Sequence record: MN871446.1
Source: Klebsiella phage KpLz-2_45
Length of the DNA: 64,000 bases
Reading direction: 5' to 3' (one strand)
A program made the position numbers and the translations under genes. Below the pieces are notes generated by a model. The model was not told where the DNA came from. It was given only the letters and a program-made list of their open reading frames with translations, and searched no databases. This document shows positions 63,891 through 64,000 of the stretch, piece after piece (within the stretch, counting starts at the first letter, position 1; every line of letters begins with the position of its first letter).

Positions 63891-64000
63891 CTCAAAATTG
63901 AGGGCGTGAGATTGTAGTACTCAATTCCCTCAATGATAGTTAACCAACTGGTCTCAGTTTGAATATCCAGTAAATATCCTTCATAATCGCAATTTAAAAT

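Noticed and set aside
1-64000. Searched for tRNA genes, CRISPR repeats and transposase or integrase signatures
   Set aside because: I found no GTTCGA-type T-loop with matching acceptor stems, no regularly spaced direct repeats, and no DDE or tyrosine-recombinase motifs. If present, they are beyond what I can detect by eye.

Overview
This window reads as a segment of a nucleus-forming jumbo phage of the phiKZ-like / Chimalliviridae type, with codon usage suited to an enterobacterial host. Genes are tightly packed and about 90% lie on the minus strand, separated by GC hairpin plus T-run terminators. Recognisable products are split multisubunit RNA polymerase subunits (a beta' N-terminal piece carrying the DFDGD motif, next to an adjacent beta C-terminal / beta' C-terminal pair), a PhuZ tubulin and a probable chimallin (ChmA) nuclear-shell protein. 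There is also an SF2 helicase whose P-loop is interrupted by an intein-like insertion, an Mre11/SbcD-like nuclease, a large terminase, a tail sheath plus tube pair, an endolysin, a secreted lytic transglycosylase, a DHH/DHHA1 phosphoesterase and a HAD phosphatase. The first ~8 kb is an accessory cluster: AAA+ ATPase, macro domain, transglutaminase-like protease, GNAT acetyltransferase and HTH proteins. Recurring non-coding signals are a conserved CAATAGrGTrATATAT intergenic motif (seven copies, probable early promoter), tandem arrays of small paralogous genes, an unusual 450-nt non-coding region, and two highly expressed proteins that share an Arg/Gly-rich C-terminal motif. I found no tRNA, rRNA, CRISPR array or transposase. 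My base-by-base reading of the printed sequence slips by about one nucleotide in places (it disagrees with the ORF track inside the helicase gene), so motif and hairpin coordinates are good to roughly ±2 nt.
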